In this document: positions 63,259-64,000 of the stretch, piece after piece | Numbering within the stretch: position 1 is the first letter of the stretch | How the letters are laid out: every line of letters starts with the position of its first letter | Assembly: GCA_965637545.1 (NCBI GenBank) | Contig: OZ281496.1 | Span: 25,172,001-25,236,000, forward strand | Reading direction: 5' to 3' | Length of the DNA: 64,000 nt | Origin: Phallusia mammillata | Lineage: Eukaryota | Notes under the pieces: model-generated | The model's database searches: none | What the model was told of the DNA's origin: nothing | The model's input: only the letters and a program-made list of their open reading frames with translations | Program-made: the position numbers and the translations under genes

Positions 63259-64000
63259 CTCTAAAGCAATATTTCCCATTTCTAACCAACTTTTATTTTA
63301 CAGCACAGCATTACCAAAGTTCATTTAATTGTTTGTTTTGTTTTCATTGATCATTTACTTACTTTACTTGCTGTTAAAAAGACAAATTTAAAATTGCATG
63401 AGAGGGATACGATCTTTTTTTTAGGCACATACGACACTCTTGCTGTACTTAAACCGTTTGAATCCAAATTTGGAACCGTATTGTTATTTGACATGACGCA
63501 ATTATTTGACATTTCATTTAACTTTTCCCTTTTTATGGACATACAATCGACACTGCATAAGCGCAAACGGTTAAGCAAATCATTAACTTGTACCAGGGGG
63601 TGATTGTGGCCTTATAGCATCGACAAATACGTCATATAATACCGTATAAGCCCATTCATTAGCACCTGCTACACACACAATTGTGTGAAACGGTTGTAAC
63701 GATGAAGTAACGGTCCACAAATAGGACCCGTATGAAAAGTACCACTTAATCAATTACTCAACACCCTCGTTTAACAGTAGAAATGCACTTGACACTGGTT
63801 TTGTGGGTTCAACTGAAGGAACAAGATGTCGTTATTAGAGGTTAGACAGCACCAAGAGTGTTAGAACGTCGTTTGGTGCCGTTTTAGTAAACCACTTTGT
63901 ACGTGTGTGATGGTGATGTACTGATATAATGGTACACACAAGGCTAGTACTTTGACGGTAAATCGACATTCAGCGTGTAAACTGTGAATGGACGTTTTAC

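Noticed and set aside
63351-63815. Possible further upstream exons of the repeat-protein gene
   Set aside because: No donor found giving the phase 2 needed to join exon 62145; left uncalled.

Overview
AT-rich, intron-dense animal genomic DNA; the short GT-AG introns and abundant MITEs look like a compact invertebrate genome such as an ascidian tunicate, but the taxon is an inference. Three genes were reconstructed by hand with phase-consistent exons. (1) The 5' part of an outer-arm axonemal dynein heavy chain of the DNAH5/DNAH8 class (minus strand, ATG 28803, 51 exons, running off the window inside AAA3). (2) RPF2, head-to-head with the dynein (plus strand, 8 exons). (3) The 3' part of a large acidic repeat protein resembling LIMA1(EPLIN)/XIRP2-type actin binders (minus strand, 5' end not found in the window). 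Introns hold many hAT-type and TA-target MITEs, a tRNA-derived SINE-like relic and three Penelope-like retroelement fragments; two keep a minimal hammerhead ribozyme core and the third has lost part of it. Most notable: (a) the ribozyme-bearing Penelope pieces, one inserted at a dynein 3' splice site; (b) a cryptic, separately intron-split second version of a dynein tail peptide inside dynein intron 18; (c) an unfamiliar VVRPPPAGT...K..FE repeat and a set of candidate alternative stop exons and C-termini with clustered RBFOX motifs in gene 3. No prokaryotic systems or CRISPR arrays were seen. Nothing was checked against databases.
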